NCBI GenBank assembly: GCA_029717555.1
Contig: JAMDHS010000055.1
Coordinates: 1 to 64,000 of the forward strand
Source of the DNA: Peribolospora baueri
Lineage: Eukaryota
Length of the DNA stretch: 64,000 bases
Direction: 5' to 3'
The notes under the pieces are model-generated. The model saw only the letters and a list, made by a program, of their open reading frames with translations, did no database searches and was not told the origin of the DNA. Positions 1-12,361 of this stretch are shown here, piece after piece. The translations under genes were made by a program, and so were the position numbers. The number at the start of each line of letters is the position of its first letter. Position 1 is the first letter of the stretch.

Positions 1-1290
1 CATCAGACGTTCCTTCAATCTTCCTTAGCTCGCTCGCCTCTCTTGCAAAGGCAAGGGCATCCCTCATGGTGACTGCAAGATCTCGAACATTGCTGTCCTG
101 CTCGACCTGTTGTTTAAGAACCTAACGATCCCACAAATCGAAAACAACGTGCCATGTAGTTCGTCCAGCCATGCCTGTCCGTGAAGCCTTGAGCAGTCGC
201 CATGCTCCTACCTTGTAGCCACCGGTCAGAGCAGCGAACGCCGTCGCGAGATAGGGGTGCACCTGGTAAGGTACGAATGGAGAGAGAATGATTGGTCATC
301 TCTCGTAGCATAGACGAAGCCGGCCCGAGCCCGACTCCCTTGACCTACGCGTGTGATGCCCTCGATCGTCTTGAGCACCTGATCGAGATACCCCATCGCT
401 TCGCCGAGAGGGGATATCCATTGGCCGAGATCACCAGCCTTCAAGTAAGCGGACTGGACGTTCGCTCCGAGGGACTGAACATTATCCACAACGTTCGACG
501 AAGCGGCGAAAGGACTCGAAAGATCCCCGGGTCGGTCGAGCCGGGCTAGACCATTGTCAGCCGTCTGAACTTGGTCAGTGACGATGTCCATCTCTATCTT
601 GGTGGGCAAGGCCGAGTCTCTGACGGTCTCGAGGACAAACTTGAGGCTTAGGGCTCCAGGGACGACTCTATTATCGTTCCACAGCTCACAAGTTCGAGTT
701 GCGTCTATGCCCAACAGCGCATGCACGTCAGCAAGGTCAAGTAAAAGAAGAGATAGAACGAAATGAAGTGGCAGACTCACCGGCCAATGCGTTCTCTTGT
801 CCAAGCTAGTCTCCTAGCTCCTTTCGAGTTCCGCCGACAAGCTTACCTGCCTCGCCTGGCGCGAGCATCCTACTCAGGGAAGAGCGCGTTCGGAAAACAT
901 TTATGGTGATGGCAGAAGACTCTCGCAAAGCGCTAGGAGAAAGCGGGCCGGAAAAAAAGAGGACAGGCAAGCGTTGGTCAACAAGGCGGCGGCCGAGCCT
1001 CTAGGGTATATTTATGACAATAAGAGGACACGCACAACTCGAAAACTTTCTCTCAACCTGAGGCCCACGAGGTGGATGCCGTTGAGCCGAATCTCTACAC
1101 GCGTGCCCGCTCAATTATCGTCAGCTTCTGCTACAGGTTACATCGGAACGTGCACCTTGCTGTACGAACCTGTCAGTCGTAGCTTGACGATCCTGTAGAA
1201 TGGCAGACCGTAGCGTCAACATTCGCATCCCATAAAGGTAAGCGACTCGACTCACCTTGTCGGAGCAGCCTCAAAGGTCTCAGCGGTCAT
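1..1290 (-). pseudogene. 5' part of a probable fungal NLR-like (NACHT-type) gene with a C2-like N-terminus; disrupted and running off the window
   Basis: Spliced by eye: MTAETFEAAPTR/IVKLRLT/EIRLNGIHL.../..ESSAITINVFRTRSSLSRMLAPGEAGKLVGGTRKELGD*LGQENALA/DATRTCELW...LDQVLKTIEGITR/VHPYLATAFAALTGGYK/..QQVEQDSNVRDLAVTMRDALAFA. The VHPY..A...L...YK...Q...D..VRDL..TM pattern resembles the helical region upstream of NACHT in basidiomycete NLR-like proteins. In-frame TAG at 808-806 and one splice-phase mismatch. No NACHT domain lies inside the window. Confidence 0.5.
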
Positions 1291-1637
1291 GCCGCGGATA
1301 ATTCCTAGATCGCTACAAACGCCGGTTCGATAAGACGGAGCAAGAATATGGAAGTGACAGGACGAGATGAGGATGATGATGAGATGGTGAACGCCCCCTT
1401 TTTGGGTTGAACAGCATTCGCAAGGCGGTTCGGGGATATCGCCCAAGGCAAAGTCCACACGTGCATCCACCAAGCTCCTGACATATTAAGTTAGCTACAT
1501 ACGACCTCCAGTTCTGCCTGCGGCAAGTCGTGCCTCAGGAATGGACCCTGTTCGACTGCGGCCTGCAACGTCATGTTGTCTACCGAGAACATCAAAACCA
1601 AGCGTCCCTTTGCGAAGTTGGATTGCCTTTTTTTTAG

Positions 1638-1803
1638 GGGCACCCGGACCGGGCGGGGCGGCTGAAGAACTTGGGCGTCGCGCTATTGCTTGTATCTCGA
1701 TGGGGCGGCTAGCGGTCGACCTGGTGCCCGAGGTACATCCGGACCGAGCAGAGGGTCTCAATTACTTGGGACGTGCGCTAAGAACACGCTTCAATAGCAT
1801 CGG
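1638..1803 (+). pseudogene. Fragment of TPR repeats of the fungal TPR/CHAT-protein type
   Basis: Two repeat remnants in different frames: GHPDRAGRLKNLGVAL and AVDLVPEVHPDRAEGLNYLGRALRTRFNSIG. No start codon and no flanking domain. Confidence 0.6.
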
Positions 1804-2974
1804 CAGACGAGCAAAGCGAGCAGACAAAGCAGACGAGATGAGAGAAGGGCGCGGGCGCGACGAACAGGAGCGCAAGGGGAAAAAAGACGATCCCGTACGA
1901 CGGACTCACTCCAGATCGAATGCCGCGAGCGCTGGAAGCGTTGACGTCGTTGACGTCGTTGTCGACGCCGGGGCGTCGTCGCTCATGACTGTGTCCGTGT
2001 CCGAGGCGAGGCGTGCGAGAAAAAGCGAGGGCAGCGAGATTTGGCGTTTCGAAAAACGACAGTGTCGTCCTCTCGATCGAGCTCTGAAGCGGCCTCGTCA
2101 TTGCCACGTATGGATTCTTGACGGATTCCATCCTCAGACGGAGTGTCAATACGTTGTCGCTCGAGGAGGGAAGAAAGCGCTGTGACCTTGGTGCGAAGCG
2201 GGCGGAGAAGGCGGTGCACGCGGGATAGAGGGAGAACGAGAACGAGAGCGAGAGCGCGATGAAGGAAACGAGAGCGCGGAAAGAGAGGATAGCGAACGAG
2301 GTGAGGTGACTTTAGGAGGGAGGGGTTGAGAGGTGGTGGGGTCGGTGCACGTCCGGAGGCGTTTAGCGGGAGTGAGGAGGAGGGAGGCTGCTATTCCGGC
2401 GTGGGAGGGTTCACTACCAAGACCGTGCGTGGAGTACGGCACAATCCGCCTCCGCCTCTTCCTCCACTTCTTTCACGTACGGTGGACGAGCCAAGCGAGG
2501 TGCTTCAGCCGGGGCATCTTCGTTTATTGGGGCTGGCAGGTACAGACTTTCTACTGGTCCCGGAACTGGTACGAGCGCTGAGGCCAGGGAAGGAGGAGCG
2601 CAACGGGCACTTTGGCCTCCTCGGTCGCTGGACCCTCTTCTTCGCCTTTTCAACACCCCTACACCTCCAACGACCGACGCCCTTCCTCCTTCGGCCCAAA
2701 TGGAAACCGCCACGTTATCTTCTACAACTCGCACGGAAGACGAGTCGATGCAGCGGGCGGATGAGTGGTATGAGGCTGTTCCTGCTCACTATCGAGGGTG
2801 ACTTCGTTTCCTTTCCCACCGTTTGACCCTGTGGCCGATTTATTAACTTTCATCTCCCTTTTTCATCCTCGTTACGAATCTTTACTACGCTTTCTCAATT
2901 TTAAGTCCTGCTCTCGCCCATCACGCCATACATGTTATCACCGAACACTTGTCCTTCCCGCCGCCCATCGGGCT

Positions 2975-3310
2975 GTTGGAGCGCTTGCTCATTGCTTGCG
3001 TTTTGCATGGACTGGGCATCGGATTGGGTGAGTGGAAGCTCGGTGCCGTCGACATGCCACTTTCGCCCTGTCCCTCCGAATGCAAACGGGACCTACTTGT
3101 TCCGCATACCCCTTTCCGCTTGATGTCTCCCGATCGACAGCCCAGTACGCCCCCCTAATCCAAGTCTCCTCTGCTCGCCTCTAGCAAAGACGCACCCCAT
3201 GCCCATCCTCCTCCAGCCACACATCTCCCAATGCTTCTTCCACCCTCGCTTCCTCCATCCTCCAAATAAGGCCTCGACGACGCGCGACCTCAAGCGCGCT
3301 CTGGAGAGGT
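2975..3310 (+). pseudogene. Decayed MFS sugar-porter-like fragment
   Basis: LERLLIACVLHGLGIGL, then a GTGAGT..CTAG intron, then AKTHPMPILLQ...FFHPRFL. This loosely matches the sugar-porter GR...GLGIG.KS.TVP and PESPR motifs. Confidence 0.35.
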
Positions 3311-3699
3311 TGGGGTGGGTGGAGCTGGAGGGGGAAGTGAGAAGGAAACGGGCAGGAAGAAACGAAAAGGGAGAGTCGGAGACTGAAGCGGGAGGCGTGA
3401 GCGTGTTGAGCCACAGCAATGGCACGGTGAGCCCCGTTGGGCCCACCCTCCTTCTTCTCTGGGTTCCTTTACAGGCCCTCGCTTCCCTGCCTCCTTACTC
3501 ATTCTTACCCTCATTTTCCAACTCCTTCCCTCTCCTGCCGTAGAACGTCCACGCCTGGCTCCTTAAATGATACCGTCCATGATAAAACGCTCCTGCTTTG
3601 TCGACCCGGTGTGCTTCAGACTACGACTCTCCCACCTCGCCCATCGTTGCCTGGTGAGACGGCGTCCAACCCGCGCCCCCGTCCCGTCCGAGTGTCCGG

Positions 3700-5778
3700 C
3701 TGCGTCATCTCCAACACCCTCGAGAACCTGTCCCTTCTAGCAGCCCTCGGATCGACGACGGCACTGATCAATCGCGGGTATATTCGAGGGCCGTTCACTC
3801 GCAGTCGTATTTTCACCATCGTCACTATCGTCCAAGGCCTTAACGAGCCGATCGATCTCATCGGACAACATTTCCCCACTCTTCTCGCCGCCTGGACGTC
3901 TCTGGGGAGGATACAAGACTTTCTTTTCCTCGACGAGTACGATCCGTCTCCATCGGACATGCCCGCAAAGGTACCAGGCACTTGTACTGCTGCTCCAGGG
4001 TCTAAAGATATCCTCATCAGCGGACAGAGCGCCTCGTTCGCCTGGTCAAAGAAGGCCGCCAAGGAGCCGTTCTTGAAGGAACTGACGTTCGAGATCGAGC
4101 GCGGCTCGCTTGTCGCCGTCATTCACACTGTCGGTTCCGTGAGTAACTATACTTTCTTTTTGTCGATCGGACACTCCCGTTCGGGTCTTCCGGCGCCTTT
4201 TTGACCCGATTCTCGCTCTTTATAGGGAAAATCAGCCTTTCTCCAGCCTTGCTCTCTGAGATGCACCATGTGGCCGGTTCCGTCCGAGTCCATCGCGCGG
4301 GAGGATGCGCGTTCGTCTCCGACAGCTCATGGGTGACGCCGGACAGCGTGCGAAGCAACATTCTTTTCGACCGTCCCTTGGACCCCGTTCGCTTGGACAA
4401 GGTGCTGAGAGCGACGGCTTTGGACGTGGACGTGTGAGTGAAAACGCACGGCCTTCCGAATATCATCGAGAAGGCGCGCTCACCTCACACTTCGGTTTGC
4501 AATTTCGCTTCCCTGCCTGTCAGCGCCAGGTTCCCTCAAGGACTCGACACTCCGATCGGTGCGTTTCGATTCGGATTTCGGCCTCCGGCTCTGTTGCTAA
4601 TGGCCGATTCCGTTTTCGACGTTGCAGGTGACCGAGGAATAAAGGTCAGCGGTGGACAGCGTGCTCGGATCGCCCTTGCTCGAGCGTTCTCCTTTCTTGC
4701 AGACGTCAACTTCCCGAGTCCATTTCCGACTTGAACTTTGTGCTCGAAGGCGGGGAGAAGCTTGGCGTCGTCGGACGTTCAGGGAGCGGCAAATCTACCG
4801 CAATCTTTGGCTTGCTCCGCGGCGTCGACACCTGCCTAACGACGGGCTCAATCCAGATCGACGATGAGCGTGAGTGTTTTACCGTCCCTTACTGCCCTCC
4901 GGTCAATGGCGTCACGCCCACAATTCTCTTATCTCGAGTAGCGGTGTCATCGATACCCATCAGCAAGCTCCGAGACAGTCTTTGCCTCGTCTCTCAGGAA
5001 CCGTTCCTTCTGGCTGTCATCATTCGAGACAACTTGGACCCCGACAGGCAGTGCACTGACGACGAGATCTGGAAAGCGCTCCAAGCTAGGGCTTACCGGC
5101 GCCACTGGAGCGCTCGAGAGCAAGCTCGATACCGTGATGTCTGCAGATGCGGCTCTGTCAAGAGGCCAGCGCCAGCTGCTCGGTGAGAAGTTAACAATGT
5201 CCTTGGTGTCGGAATTGTTCAACACCTTCGTTCATATTGCCTCTATCGGTTCGTCTTGGAATGTCAGGTATGGCTCGCGTCCTCCTCAGGAAGCGTAGGA
5301 TCGTCCTCTTGGACGAGGCGGTGAGATATTCCACCCCCCTCGACCACCTGTCACAAGTGACTGAGCTCATCGCCCGGCCCGGCTCATCTCACGCTTCGTT
5401 TCCGCAGACGAGCGCCATGGACATGGAGAGCGACCAGGCCCTGCGCAGGGTGATACAAACGGACCTTAAAGGCTCGACGATCATCTCCGTAGCGCATCGA
5501 ATCGGTGAGAGAATCTGCATACAGTCGACCTTTACGCTCACAGAGAGACCAAAGCTGATTTCGCGTGCGTCGCATGCGACTCCTCTGCTGCAGCCACAGT
5601 TGTGAACTTTGATTACGTCGCGGTCATAGACGCCGGAAGGATTGTCGAATTCGGAACGCCGAAACACCTCCTGGCAGACCCTGACACCCACTTTGCAAAG
5701 CTGGCCGCCAGTCAAAACATCTTCCATATGAGGACCGGGCCGTCGTCGCTACTGACTTCGGGGCTGCTTGCAAAATGA
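3700..5778 (+). pseudogene. ABCC/MRP-type ABC transporter pseudogene (5' truncated, internally deleted)
   Basis: End of TMD1, then NBD1 with a degenerate Walker A (VIHTVGS/GKISL) and signature VSGGQRARIALARA. This is joined directly to NBD2 (GVVGRSGSGKS, LSRGQRQLL, IVLLDEA/TSAMD, SVAHRI). NBD1 Walker B and TMD2 are missing. Extra frameshift near 5088. Introns are retained. Confidence 0.9.
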
Positions 5779-6188
5779 TACTTTGGGGGTCGAGAAACAG
5801 GGCATTACCACTTCGACAATGCGTGACGCGAAGAATCGGACAGAAATACCCCTCGCATCCAGTGTCACGCAGTGCGCAGTGTCCGCGAGAATAAAGCGTA
5901 TGGACGATCATGCCTCGATGCCGTCCCTCAAACTCTGGCGGGTACCGGAGGCGACAGGCCACATTGTCACACGCAACTGCCCCGGAGCGACCCGGGCAGG
6001 GCTGCCCTGTCCTCACGAGCATAGACATGTGATCCGATATCCGCTACTTGCCCTCAGCATGACGATTCGTCCTACTGACTCTATCTAACGCCAACGAAGG
6101 ACGAGACTGGAGAAGGAAGGAGAACGAGGGTCGTACTCGACCTGTACTCTCCCGATTCTCATTCTACCAGCCGAGAGAACGCCGTCTA

Positions 6189-8223
6189 TCAAACTTCTAT
6201 CTCCGCTCCAATAAGGAAATGGTCGCTTGCACAAACGCCTTTGCGCGGAAGACCCGGTGCCAAGTCAGCGGACCTATGCGCCTTGAGAAGGGAGAGTACT
6301 CGAGGCGTGCTCGGGGAAGCGGGGGAGAGTAATGGGGACGAGGAAGGCGAAGTTGGAGGGAGGACGAAGATGTAGTCTGCGTAACACAAAGGGCAAATCG
6401 GATCTGCTCAGTACCGCAAGGAGAACAACCAAAAACCTTGTCCCGCCTCGCTATCTAAGCGCTCCCACTTACCTAGCGTCAATCTGAACAGAGGACTCCA
6501 AAGCGTCCACATGGGTTCGCCCTGGGTCTTCCCGCGGATGCCCTCTCCATACCGTCTCGTCTCTCTCAGTTTTGTGACCGACTCCTCACCCTGCGCGGCC
6601 GCCAGATCCCTCTCCTCATCCACCCTCTCCATCGCACGCCCTGGGCTCCAAAACGTATTATCCGCTTCCCCTTGCACCCGATCGTATGACGTGCCGTACG
6701 CTGAAAACAACTGCCCATCGGCGTCCACGTCGACGTCGAGAGAGGAAGCGCTGGAAGACGCGTAAAGAGCGCGAAGTTCATCGTTGGAGAGCAGGCCGTC
6801 CTCCGGTCGGGCGGGTCGACAGTTCTTTAAGATCCTGTCCTCGTCACCTTCGGCACTGTCGTACTGTTCGACGTCAACTTCCGTCTCGTCGACCGCTTCC
6901 GCCTCGCCAACGTCTTGCTCTCCCTCGATGCCTTCCACGCCGTCTTGAGCGTGCCCGTTCCCCTCCCCTATCCCGACGTCTGCCATCGCAGCAAGCTTCG
7001 CTCTCCGCTCGTCGATGCTCTTGTGGACCACACGAGAGCTTTCGAGCTCAGCGACATTGGAGGGCGTCAAGGGAGAAGACGTTAGGAAGGAATATGTTGC
7101 AGAGCATGGTTGGTCGTTCAGATCGCCCGTGATGAAAATGGGCCAATTCGCCCAGCTCTCCAGCTGCTCCTTAACGGCGCGACCTATTTCGTCGCCCTTT
7201 GCTCTGTCTGCTTCCTGAGAGGAAGCGGACGTCAGTGTTGGTTCCTGCCCACGGTCCCTGAACAGCTTGACCTCCCGTACCAACACGCCACCCTGCCGGG
7301 AGCGCTCATAGCCGTGCTTAGGATGCCAGAAAAGATGGGTCGTAGCGACGATGATCCCTTTGGGGGAATCGGGAGCAGGTGATGGCTGTCGAAAGCGAAG
7401 GGCGACCAAGACAGCGATGTTACGAGTGATCCGAGAGCAGCCTGTTCGACCACTGGCATCGACCGTCGCCTCATCCAGATAGACCACCTTGCGGGCGACA
7501 GGCTCAGGCTCAAAGACAGCTTCCCTCCTTCCCAACGTTGACAATGACGACGATGATGGCCGAGGTTCGGAGCGCCACGCAATGAGAAGTCCGTGCTGCT
7601 TCGCCGCATATCCTTTCTCATGCACGTACGAATATCCGAGAGGCGTTAGGGCGGCCAGGTGAGAGTCGAGCCGGTCAACTTCCTGGAGGGAGACCGATGG
7701 AAAGAATAATAAATAGAGGAAGAAGCGCGAATGTCCGCAAAATGAACTAGCTCACCTGGAAGCAGCCGACATCGAAGTCATACCCTGTCAGCTCGGCCAA
7801 TAAGGCCTCCTTTCTTTGAGCCCACTTCAAGCAATCCGACCCGGGGAAAAGCTCCCTCCGAACGAGACCCTGAGCGAGAATGTTCCAGCTCACAATCCTG
7901 ATGTTCCTCTTACCCTCCTCAAGTTCCCTGGCACCCTCTACCTTGCCCCACAACCTTTTTTTGAACAGCGGAACATCATCCTGGCGCTGTGATGAAAGAT
8001 AAGCAGAAGGCGTTAGGCCTTCCGCCTGGGTGGCGGCCAGCGCGGCCGCTTTTTTGGCCTCTTTCTTCGCCGCCCTCTCGGCTCGCTTCGCTTCTATTGC
8101 TGCCTCGGATTGGTCCCTGCCCTTCCTGTCCAGCGTGGAGGTAGCAAGTCTCGGAGGCTCTGCAGCCTCGTTTAAGGCCTGGGCGCTTGTGCCGGCGTTG
8201 ATGGTGGGCGATCGTAGGCTCAT
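6189..8223 (-). CDS. NGL2: CCR4/nocturnin-family (EEP) RNA exonuclease, Ngl2-like
   Basis: IVSWNILAQGLVRRELFPGSDCLKW, GCFQ/EVD, ATTHLFWHP, GDLND, DYIF, SDHF motifs; 3 exons. Confidence 0.88.
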
Positions 8224-8668
8224 GGCACGGGACTGAGACCCGGAGACGGCTCCGAGAAAACCGAGAGACAGAACAAAGCACCGGGTGGGGTGCCAAAAAA
8301 GGCTGGAAAGACACTTGGAAGGAATGGTGGTGGGCAATGGCAAAGGAATGTTATGGATTCGCTGGGAGAACGACGTGCTGGAGGTGATGAAGATGGCTGC
8401 GGCCAGGTACGAATGCGGCCTCGCTGTCGACTGGCAAACTACGATTAACGGGTGGCAAGACTGCAGCCGGCCGATCGCCATCTGTGCCAACTTCATGAAG
8501 GCGGAAGAGGAGCTCAGACTCGTTGTTTTCGTCTCGATATCTGGTCGTTGTCTTCAGCGACGTTTCCTAACTCGAGTCCGAGACGTTCGAACGTAGCCGC
8601 AGCGCAATTTCTTCCAACTCGCTGCAGCGCCCAAGACGGTCAAACGGCTATCTCCAGCTACGGCTCGA

Positions 8669-10163
8669 ATGGCCCTCCCTGTCCAACTTCACGATCCCAA
8701 CTTCCCGCCCGACTTGCGCATCGTCCCCAGCTCGTCCAAGTACCGTCAGCGATGCGGCGGTAGCGACGTGCGCTCACGCACCGGCTCAGGAGAGTGTGGA
8801 GGGACGACGAGCGCTGGGGAGGCGAAGGAGAGAAGGAACTGGGATGAAGACGACTCCGAGGACATCGAGCGATGGGGAATAGCCGGTCGGATATGGTGCG
8901 TAGGGTCGAACTTTGCAGCGAGGCACGGACGGCATTACCGTTAGGACCCTCCGGGACTTACAGCACTGACTTTCATTCTCTCATCCTTCCCGTGTCCGTA
9001 ACAGGGAAGCCGCCTATGCCCTCAGATTGTACCTACAGCCTCCAGGGACCATTATTCTCCCCTCATATTTAACAAAGCCCAGTCTGTCACAGGCATACCT
9101 CGACTTCGATCCGCCATGCTCCATTTTCTCGGTTCCACTCTCCGACAGGCCTTACCGCAACGCCGTCACCGCCCTAGAGCTCGGAGCTGGTCAAGGTTAT
9201 GTAGGGCTTCATCTCGCTCGAGCGCTATCTACCGCACCTTGCAATACCCAATCCTTCTCCGCTCCACATCGCGTCGTCCTGACGGATTTAGAGAAGGTGG
9301 GCCCTCTGCTGCTCAGGAACAGCATCACGGCTGGGTTTTCCGAAGCGGCGCCTCTTCGCGGAACAGCTGTGGTTGGAGGAGATGTCGCATTGACGACTAT
9401 GACAGACCAGAAGGTTTCTGGCGTCGAAGTGCTTGTGCGCACCCTTGCCTGGGGCAACGGCGCGGATGGAGAGCAAATCCTAGCGGAACTGGAGCGAGGC
9501 CAGGCGTACAAGACCTCGAAGGCTAGCGAGCCCTCTCTCACTCATATCATCTGCTCCGACCTCGTCTTCTTTCCTCACCTTCTGGCACCTCTCCTGCGCT
9601 CGCTGATCCAACTCACCCAACCGCGCCCTAGGGCATCTTGCACCGAAGAGCTGCCTCCGACTGTGGACTTATCGGCGACGCCGGAGGTGATCATAAGCTA
9701 CAAGATCCGATCCCTTACAAAGGAGCAACCCTTCTGGACAGCGTTCGGCCGTTGGTTCGACTATGAGGCCGTCGGTTGTCGAAGCGTTTCGCCTGCTTCT
9801 CATGCAAGGGAAACATTGAACGGTGATTGTGTAGACGGACGGCAGGGACATTGGCACCGGTTCGGCTCGCCTTCTTCGCCGTATCACCCTACCGCTCTCC
9901 TTCGACGCGGTGACAATACGATCACAGGCGACCAGGACCAAGGAGAGACCAACACGGAGGACATCTTCGTGTTCGTCGCCCGACGACGTGCCGAGTCAAT
10001 AGACTGGGCCGTGCCGGAAAGTGATGCGCAGCTGTTGAGCTGGTCTCCACGCAGAGTTTCACAGGAGCAGGACAGGACAACACTTTCCGAGACTGGAAGA
10101 GGCGGCGTGAAGGGCGAGGGCACGTTCGAAGTCATGCTTCTGGGGGCAATTGAACTTGATTGA
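8669..10163 (+). CDS. SAM-dependent protein methyltransferase (Methyltransf_16 family)
   Basis: WGIAGRIW/EAA, ALELGAGQGYVG, VVLTDL, LAWG, IICSDLVFFP motifs; one intron at about 8896-9004. Confidence 0.88.
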
Positions 10164-12160
10164 CGTGTATCTCTCGGCGAAATCGAGAGTGGGATCCGTA
10201 AAGTATGTATTGTATGGACAGCCTTCCCAAAGGAATTGTTTGACTGCGGCATGGCGTCCCAGATCGCCCGCGTGGACTCCAGAAGTTGGACCGTCTCGAA
10301 AACACTCAACTTGAGTTGGTCTAGGGTTGTGATGAGCGCAACATGGCCGCCAATGCCCCACTGCTTTCCGACACCATCGACGCCGACTTGGAAGAGGGCC
10401 ATGCCTCCACAGCTCAGCTCGGGGCGGCGCGGCCGGGGGCGACGGTTACGGCTGGGAGCATGAGCAGCGGTGGAACGAATGGTGCCGCTGGAGGGGGAGG
10501 GGGAGGAGATCTTTCTGTATGGCGGCAGTCCAGGTGAGCGTTCGAGCCGATCCCCTTTATACCGCCCATGGACAAACTCTTGGGAATAATTTGAAGGTGA
10601 TGAACTGACGATGATGGAGCGTGCCTTTGTTCCTTTGCGGAGGGCAGCCATCCGGTTGCTCTCGTTTTCCTCTTCCTCTTCGCCGTCGCAGCTATCGCGA
10701 CTTATCTCTTCTGCGGTTTCTTCACTGACAACTACGTACTTTCGGTGAGTATACGCTGGGCGCCTCTCTGGTCTTTTGACATTGTGCCAGCGCACTGGAC
10801 TGACCAAATTCATCTGATTGGCCCCCACCTCTCTTGTAGACGGTCATCGTCGTCGTCCTCCTGTCGGCAGATTTCTGGACGTGCCGGGTGAGTGGCAGCG
10901 CGGAAAGTTGGTTGAAATGCTGTTCAGTAGCTGACTGGACGCGATTGTCCCTACAGAACGTGAGCGGGCGACTTCTCGTGGGACTTCGATATTGGAATCA
11001 AGTCGAGGAGGATGGGACGACCTACTGGGTGTTCGAAAGCCGTGATGTGAGTGGCTGTCGGTTGGCGCTCGTTGGCTGGGAAGAGCGGTTCCGTCTCTGT
11101 GCAACCTCTGCTGCTGAGGCTCTTATGGTTATCGTGGCTGCTTGCCTGCTAACAAGGATGCCAGTTTCGCTCGCACAGCCTTCGCAACCTTCCAACGCTC
11201 TAGACGCTAGGTGGGTCCGGCTCGAGCGAAAGGCAGCTCTTCCACGCCCCACTTTTGTCTGACCAAACCTGTTGCCTGTATCGTCGAAACAATAATGTCA
11301 TCCGCAGATTCTTCTGGACGAAAATCTATGCCACGCCCGTCATATGGATGCTGCTCATGGTCGTTTCCCTCATTAAGCTGTCGCTCAAGTGAGTCGATAC
11401 GTTGTATCTCCGGGTGTACGTGGTCCAGTGCCCTCTGATTCTCAACCCTTCTTTTCTTATTTTTCTTGTATGTTTACTGGCATTAGCTTTCTCCCGATCG
11501 TTGCTCTCGCGCTAGGTACGAACCATCGCGCGCCCTGTGTCTTTTGCCCATCGTCTGTTGTGCTTACGTCGTTCTCTATGTTTCTTTATACTGCTCATGA
11601 TCTTTATTTTGCAAAGTTTTCAATGTCTCGAACGCTATTGGTTTTTCCTATGCCGACCGGGACGCTCGCAAGCGCTGGGCGCAAGGCATGGCCTCTGGAG
11701 GCATGCTCGGAAGCCTCGGTAGTTTCGGAGGTCTGGCTGGCGGTCTTGCCGAGCGCGCTGTGCGGGGCGCCATTGGCAGGTTCACTGGTTGACGCCGTCA
11801 GTCCGGTTGACGTTACACTTCGACATCCTTCCCAAGGTCTACCTAACGGCCACTGTACCTCTTCATTCTGTCGTGATCCCCGTGCACGCTTGCACGTTTG
11901 TAATCGCACTGTTGATACCGCGGCAGGTTACGTTGATAATGCGTTAGGTACTTACCGTGCTTCCGATCTCTCGAGGGTTTGATACTTCTTCGGTATCCAG
12001 AGTCTTACTGGTTATAGAGGCTCGGAACACCCCAAGGGAGAAATTCTGATTCTGAGCCGGCGCTTCGGGCCCTGCGCTGCCTATGGTTGCTCGAATCTCG
12101 GTCCCCATCTATCGCAAGGTTTCTCGCGGAACAAAATGTACGAACTTCGTAGCTTACCAT
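9884..12160 (-). pseudogene. Decayed or fast-evolving orphan gene
   Basis: ATG at 12160 followed directly by a GTAAGC donor. Phase-consistent exons MGTEIRAT...EIGST/NEEVQWPLG... A middle section has protein-like text broken by stops and frame changes. A final 314-aa ORF spans 10828-9884. Confidence 0.35.
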
Positions 12161-12361
12161 GTTGATCAATGTTTGCGAGGGCCTTGGACAGGTCTCGATA
12201 ATGACATGACTCCTTAGACCTGAGAGAGCTTTCGGAGCGAAGTTCGAAGGCGCTGCTGCGGCAACCGAAAGCATCGACGTACGCGATCGTCGACCGCCCA
12301 CCCAGTCTTTTCCGTCTCGTCCGTCACGGTGAGACCTTCAGGAACGATCCCAATCAGCGAC

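Noticed and set aside
11960..12160. Hairpins and a GGGAGAAATTCTG motif suggestive of RNase P/MRP RNA
   Set aside because: No matching 3' conserved region was found. The segment is better explained as minus-strand exons with canonical splice sites.
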